Source: Candidatus Muiribacteriota bacterium (lineage in GTDB: Bacteria > Muiribacteriota > Muiribacteriia > Muiribacteriales > Muiribacteriaceae). Taken from it: 12,210 bases of DNA. Under the pieces are notes generated by a model that saw only the letters and a list, made by a program, of their open reading frames with translations, had not been told where the DNA came from and made no database searches. The translations under genes were made by a program, and so were the position numbers. The stretch covers positions 1 to 12,210 of the forward strand of contig JBNJGP010000079.1 of NCBI GenBank assembly GCA_051747805.1, written 5' to 3'. Shown one piece after another: positions 8,445 to 12,210 of the stretch; the first letter of the stretch is position 1; each line of letters opens with the position of its first letter.

Positions 8445-9600
8445 GAAAAATGGTTTTACTCTTATTGAAATAATGCTGGTTGTTGTTATTATATCTCTTT
8501 TAACCCTTGGGATGATGCAGAGTTATTCTTATGTTATGGACCATGTGCGTGAAACCAAAATAAACAGAAGCCTTGAAGTTCTGCGCGATGGTATTATACA
8601 GTATAGAAACAATTATGGATACTGGCCTGAAAGTCCTGAGGAAGTAGTTAATCGTGGTCTTGTCAGATGGGAAGGAAGCACTGAAGACTATGTTGATACC
8701 CTTTACAATGATTATGGAGGGACCTATAATATTATTCATTCAATTAAAGGGGGATTTATTGAAACAACATATGAAAAAGATGGTCTTGATTATAGATTCG
8801 CCGAGAGATTCAGCCCAAATTACACCGCAAATATTAATCCAGAAACTTTATTTCTTTTAAATTTTAATATGGCAGAAAACCCCAATTATACAACTGAACA
8901 AAAAATGCAGACAGATCATCCAACTTTGATTAAACCTGAAATTTCTGGTGGTGGGGATATTCATTTTCCCAGAGGTGCTATAAGAACCGGATATGGATTA
9001 AATCTTGATGGAGCTGGATTAAATTATTCTGTGAATGTTTCAAATATAGCAAGATTTACGCTTGAGTTCTGGGCACGTATAATTGAAGAACCTTCCGGTA
9101 CAATTTTTAATATTGTTTCAAATAATGAAAATCCACTTGTATGGGATAATTTTAACAGAGAAATTCGACTTTATTTTAATGGCTGGGATTTAGAGCTGGA
9201 AATAGAGGCTTTTGATAGAAGTGATCCAGATAATACAAATTCTACTTATAAAATGGTTAAATATGATTTAAGCCATTTAATTGCACAAGATGATGTTACT
9301 GAATCGTGGAATCATTTTGCCATTGTGTTTAATATAGACAGAACAAATGAAAATGTTTTTTTAAATTTTTTTATTAATGGTGAAAAAGAAAGTGCGACAT
9401 TTTATAAAGATGGTTTAGAAATAGATTTAAATGACCACTTTTTTACTTTTGATTTTGATGTTTATGGTGCTGACTGGGAAAATAATATATATATAGGAAG
9501 AAATAATCCAGAAAGAGGGGTGCCAAACTTTCTTTCAAATGTTATTCTGGACAATATTTCTTTTAGCAGAATAACAAAATCAGAAGATGATTTTGAATAA
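8422..9600 (+). CDS. Prepilin-type N-terminal cleavage/methylation protein with a C-terminal LamG/concanavalin A-like domain
   Basis: The likely start is ATG 8422 (MKLFSIIKKNG|FTLIEIMLVVVIISLL), giving 392 aa. It has a pseudopilin-like L..LRDGIIQYRNNYGYWP segment and a C-terminal LamG-type pattern LFLLNFN..FTLEFW..WNHFAIVF..FFINGE..IYIG..ILDNISFS. Overlaps the upstream gene by 23 nt. Confidence 0.82.
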   Translation: MKLFSIIKKNGFTLIEIMLVVVIISLLTLGMMQSYSYVMDHVRETKINRSLEVLRDGIIQYRNNYGYWPESPEEVVNRGLVRWEGSTEDYVDTLYNDYGGTYNIIHSIKGGFIETTYEKDGLDYRFAERFSPNYTANINPETLFLLNFNMAENPNYTTEQKMQTDHPTLIKPEISGGGDIHFPRGAIRTGYGLNLDGAGLNYSVNVSNIARFTLEFWARIIEEPSGTIFNIVSNNENPLVWDNFNREIRLYFNGWDLELEIEAFDRSDPDNTNSTYKMVKYDLSHLIAQDDVTESWNHFAIVFNIDRTNENVFLNFFINGEKESATFYKDGLEIDLNDHFFTFDFDVYGADWENNIYIGRNNPERGVPNFLSNVILDNISFSRITKSEDDFE

Positions 9601-9619
9601 AGAAACAGGAGAATTTATA

Positions 9620-10639
9620 ATGAAAGTAGCTTTAGCGGGATTAAAATATTCAGGAAAAACTTCAATGTTTAGATTACTTACTGGATTAGATGTAAATAGT
9701 GAAAAACCTGAGGCAAATATTGGAGTATCAAAGGTTCCTGATAAAAGAATTGATGAATTATCAAAAATTTATAAGCCGAAAAAAACAACCTATGCCTCAC
9801 TTGAACTTGTTGATATTCCTGGAATAGACCCTGAAAATACGGCGAACAGAAAGTTCTTTCAGGATATTGTTAAAACGGAAGTTATTATTGCCATGCTGCG
9901 TGATTTTAATTCGGAATTTTTTCCTAATCCAATGCAGTCAAATGATATTGACAGGGATTTTGAAATTTTAAAAGAAGAAATTATCATACAGGATATGGGC
10001 TTTGTTGAAAAAAGAATTGAAAGTCTTGAGAAAATGCTTCAGAAACAGAAGAATAAGGAAACTCTTTTTGAGCTTGATTTAATGAAAAAAATTAATCAAA
10101 ATCTTTCAGAGGGAAAACCTGTAAGCGATATGAACCTTGAAAAAGAGGAAAAAAAATTACTTAAAAATTATTCGATTTATTCAAACAAAAAATTAATTCC
10201 AGTAATAAATACAGATGAAGAAAATATTTCCAGAAAGTATTCCTTTCCGGCTTTTTCTCTTAAAACAGAGGAGGAAATAAATGAGCTTCCTGTCGAGGAA
10301 AGAGAAGAATTTTATAAAGAGATGGGAATAGAGGAACCTGCTTTAAATAAAATAATAAAAAATATTTATTATCAGACTGGACTTATATGTTTTTTTACAG
10401 TTGGAAAAGACGAAGTTAAGGCCTGGACTATATCAGAGGGTTTAAATGCCAGGGAGGCAGCCGGCAAAATTCATTCAGACCTTCAAAAAGGATTTATCAG
10501 GGCAGAAACTGTTTCATATCAGGATTTTATTGAATGCGGAGGTATGAACGAGGCTAAAGCACAAAACAAGGTTAGACTTGAAGGAAAAGATTATATTGTT
10601 AAAGACGGAGATATATTAAATATAAGGTTTAATGTTTAA
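9620..10639 (+). CDS. ychF: YchF/Obg-family NTPase with a C-terminal TGS (DUF933) domain; divergent G domain
   Basis: AGGAG RBS at 9607-9611 with ATG 9620 (339 aa). P-loop GLKYSGKTS, VPDKRI..L..IYKPKK and VDIPG. The C-terminus FFTVG.DEVKAWTI..AAGKIHSDL.KGFIRAE..RLEGKDYIVKDGDI..RFNV is strongly YchF-like. It may be a paralog rather than the true ortholog. Confidence 0.8.
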   Translation: MKVALAGLKYSGKTSMFRLLTGLDVNSEKPEANIGVSKVPDKRIDELSKIYKPKKTTYASLELVDIPGIDPENTANRKFFQDIVKTEVIIAMLRDFNSEFFPNPMQSNDIDRDFEILKEEIIIQDMGFVEKRIESLEKMLQKQKNKETLFELDLMKKINQNLSEGKPVSDMNLEKEEKKLLKNYSIYSNKKLIPVINTDEENISRKYSFPAFSLKTEEEINELPVEEREEFYKEMGIEEPALNKIIKNIYYQTGLICFFTVGKDEVKAWTISEGLNAREAAGKIHSDLQKGFIRAETVSYQDFIECGGMNEAKAQNKVRLEGKDYIVKDGDILNIRFNV

Positions 10640-10641
10640 AG

Positions 10642-10666
10642 TTGTTTGATAAAAAATATCAAACAA
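10642..10666. promoter_or_regulatory. Perfect 10-bp inverted repeat between ychF and serS (possible operator or mRNA stem-loop)
   Basis: TTGTTTGATA-AAAAA-TATCAAACAA, with no following U-tract. The AAGGAG RBS of serS lies about 19 nt downstream. Confidence 0.4.
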
Positions 10667-10695
10667 GTGACCACTCATTATTATAAGGAGAATAT

Positions 10696-11964
10696 ATGTT
10701 AGATATTAAAGATATAAGAAAAAGACCTGAATTTTATGAAGAAAAATTAAAAACCAGGAATAATGAGCTTTCAGTTAAAGAGCTCCTTCAATTCGATGAG
10801 GAAAGGAGAGAACTTCAGGCAAAAATTGATAAGGCAAAGGCCCAGAGAAATTCTATTAATAAAGAACTTCCAAAAGCGACGGATAAAAAGGAATTGATTT
10901 CTCAGATGAAAGAAATAAGCTCTCTTATAAAAGATGATGAAAAGCGGGAATCGGAACTTTCTCATCAAATAAACAGTATATTAGCCTGTTTTCCAAATAT
11001 TCCTCATGATTCAGTTAAAATTTCTAACAACGAAGAGGATAATGTAGTTTTAAAAAAGTATGGTGAAATACCTGAGTTTAACTTTGCAGTTAAAGACCAT
11101 ATGGAGCTTGGGAGTATTCATGATATACTTGACTTTGACAGGGCGGCTAAAATTACTGGTGCAAGATTCTGCTTATACAAGGGATTGGGGGCTCGCATGG
11201 AAAGAGCATTGCTGAATTTTATGCTTGATTTACAGACCGAGAAACATGGCTTTAAAGAAGTGATTACACCCTTTCTTGTAAACGCTGCATCATTATTTAC
11301 AACATCAAATCTTCCAAAATTTGAGCAGGATTTATTTAAAACACAGGATGATTATTATCTTCTTCCTACTTCAGAGGTTTCAATTGTTAATATACATAGA
11401 GATGAAATTGTTGATAAAGATGAACTTCCTCTTAAATATACTGGATATACTCCATGTTTTAGACAGGAAGCGGGAAGTTATGGCAGAGACGTTAAAGGAC
11501 TTATAAGAAATCATCAGTTCAATAAAGTTGAGCTTGTTGTTTTCTGTCATCCAGATGAATCTGAAAAAATGCTGGATAAAATTGTTGATTATGCTGAGGA
11601 AGTACTTGAACTTTTAAAACTTCCTTTTCAGAGAGTTGGTCTTGTAACCGGCGATTTATCAAATGCCTCTACAAAAACAATAGACCTTGAAGTTTGGCTT
11701 CCGGGACAGCAGAAATACAGAGAAGTTTCCTCCTGCTCAAACTGCACAGATTTTCAGGCAAGAAGGGGAAATATAAAGTTCAGGGATGAAAATAAAAAAA
11801 CACATTTTTTGCATACTTTAAACGGCTCTGGGCTTGCAACTTCCAGACTTCTGCCGGCAATTTTTGAAAATTATCAGCAAGAAGATGGAAGTATTAAAGT
11901 GCCTGAGGTGCTTGTGCCTTATGTTGGAGAAACTGTTATTGTTGCTGATGCGACAAGTAATTAA
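10696..11964 (+). CDS. serS: Serine--tRNA ligase
   Basis: AAGGAG RBS. MLDIK.IR start, N-terminal coiled coil, PN.PH, LPKF, YLLPTSEV, CFR.EAGSYGRD.KGLIR.HQF.KVE, DLEVWLP, E.SSCSNCTDFQARR, HTLNGSGLA..R and ENYQ..DG. Confidence 0.99.
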   Translation: MLDIKDIRKRPEFYEEKLKTRNNELSVKELLQFDEERRELQAKIDKAKAQRNSINKELPKATDKKELISQMKEISSLIKDDEKRESELSHQINSILACFPNIPHDSVKISNNEEDNVVLKKYGEIPEFNFAVKDHMELGSIHDILDFDRAAKITGARFCLYKGLGARMERALLNFMLDLQTEKHGFKEVITPFLVNAASLFTTSNLPKFEQDLFKTQDDYYLLPTSEVSIVNIHRDEIVDKDELPLKYTGYTPCFRQEAGSYGRDVKGLIRNHQFNKVELVVFCHPDESEKMLDKIVDYAEEVLELLKLPFQRVGLVTGDLSNASTKTIDLEVWLPGQQKYREVSSCSNCTDFQARRGNIKFRDENKKTHFLHTLNGSGLATSRLLPAIFENYQQEDGSIKVPEVLVPYVGETVIVADATSN

Positions 11965-12210
11965 GTAAAAAGCTTTCAGCTTAGTAAAATCACCTAAAGG
12001 TGATAGTAAAGTTATCTAACGATAACAGTAAATGGTCTGCGACCAAGTAATAATGTGAGAGCAACTTCGTTGCGAACAGAGTGCTTGTAGCACGTGTAGA
12101 GCTCGTTACACTCGCGATAGAGCAAGCTTTGCTTGCGTTAGAAGCAAAAGATTTAAACGCAACCTATGGTTGGTCTACTCGCTGACAAAGTCAGCTTTAT
12201 TCGTGAGCGT
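11940..12210. repeat. Modular mini-hairpin array (sequence-variable hairpins joined by conserved linkers); unassigned structured repeat or ncRNA, truncated by the window end
   Basis: Hairpins at 11940-55, 11970-82, 11989-12004, 12011-26, 12033-45, 12061-73, 12081-93, 12101-15 (minus-strand tandem-GA type), 12122-36, 12160-72 and 12181-95. Linkers are AGTAA(A) six times, then GTGAGA, GAACAGA, GTGTAGA, GATAGA, GTTAGA, then TCTACTC and TTTATTC. No ORF is listed after serS. 12061-12210 is 47% GC (70/150 by hand count), well above the surrounding genes. Confidence 0.85.

Noticed and set aside
777..11506. Short alternative-frame or antisense ORFs (777-980, 1461-1733, 1730-1924, 3971-4159, 5999-6316, 7018-7317, 7755-7955, 8500-8739, 8654-8860, 10771-10968, 11321-11506)
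   Set aside because: They lie entirely or mostly inside well-supported genes and have no recognisable motifs, so they are treated as shadow ORFs.
3..12010. Composite transposon or mobile island bounded by the 47-nt inverted repeats
   Set aside because: The enclosed genes are essential housekeeping genes (pheS, pheT, serS) with no transposase or integrase. Two independent copies of a dispersed repeat at the ends of divergent transcription units is a simpler explanation.
11964..12050. CRISPR array
   Set aside because: The constant part is only 6 nt and the variable parts are 13-16 nt self-complementary hairpins, far from CRISPR dimensions. There are no cas genes in the window.
12181..12201. 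Intrinsic terminator GCTGAC-AAA-GTCAGC-TTTATT
   Set aside because: It may act as one incidentally, but it lies more than 200 nt from the serS stop, has a weak U-tract and fits the module-plus-linker pattern of the array. The hairpins nearer serS have no U-tract.
11965..12210. tRNA (e.g. tRNA-Ser/Sec), tmRNA or T-box after serS
   Set aside because: No GTTCRA T-loop, acceptor stem, 7-nt anticodon loop or T-box consensus was found. The loops are only 3-4 nt.

Overview
AT-rich bacterial chromosomal window. A minus-strand MBL-fold hydrolase gene is divergent from a tightly packed plus-strand run: NTP-transferase/LbetaH/phosphomannomutase-like fusion (mannose-1-phosphate guanylyltransferase type), TrmH-family RNA methyltransferase, pheS, pheT, two GspG/type IV pilin-like proteins with long C-terminal extensions (the second ends in a LamG-like domain), an atypical YchF-family NTPase, and serS. 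The most unusual feature is non-coding. From the last codons of serS to the window end (11940-12210) lies an array of about 11 short hairpins, each with a different sequence, separated by conserved 6-7 nt linkers (AGTAAA, then G-N2-3-AGA, then approximate reverse complements of the latter). A second copy of the start of this array (43/47 nt identical, with a compensatory base-pair swap) lies inverted at 3-49, where it encodes the C-terminus and stop codon of the MBL gene. This looks like a dispersed, modular, structured repeat family (REP/REPIN-like ssDNA or ncRNA) that I cannot assign to a named family. Both copies are cut off by the window edges. All calls are from manual reading; no database searches or folding programs were run.
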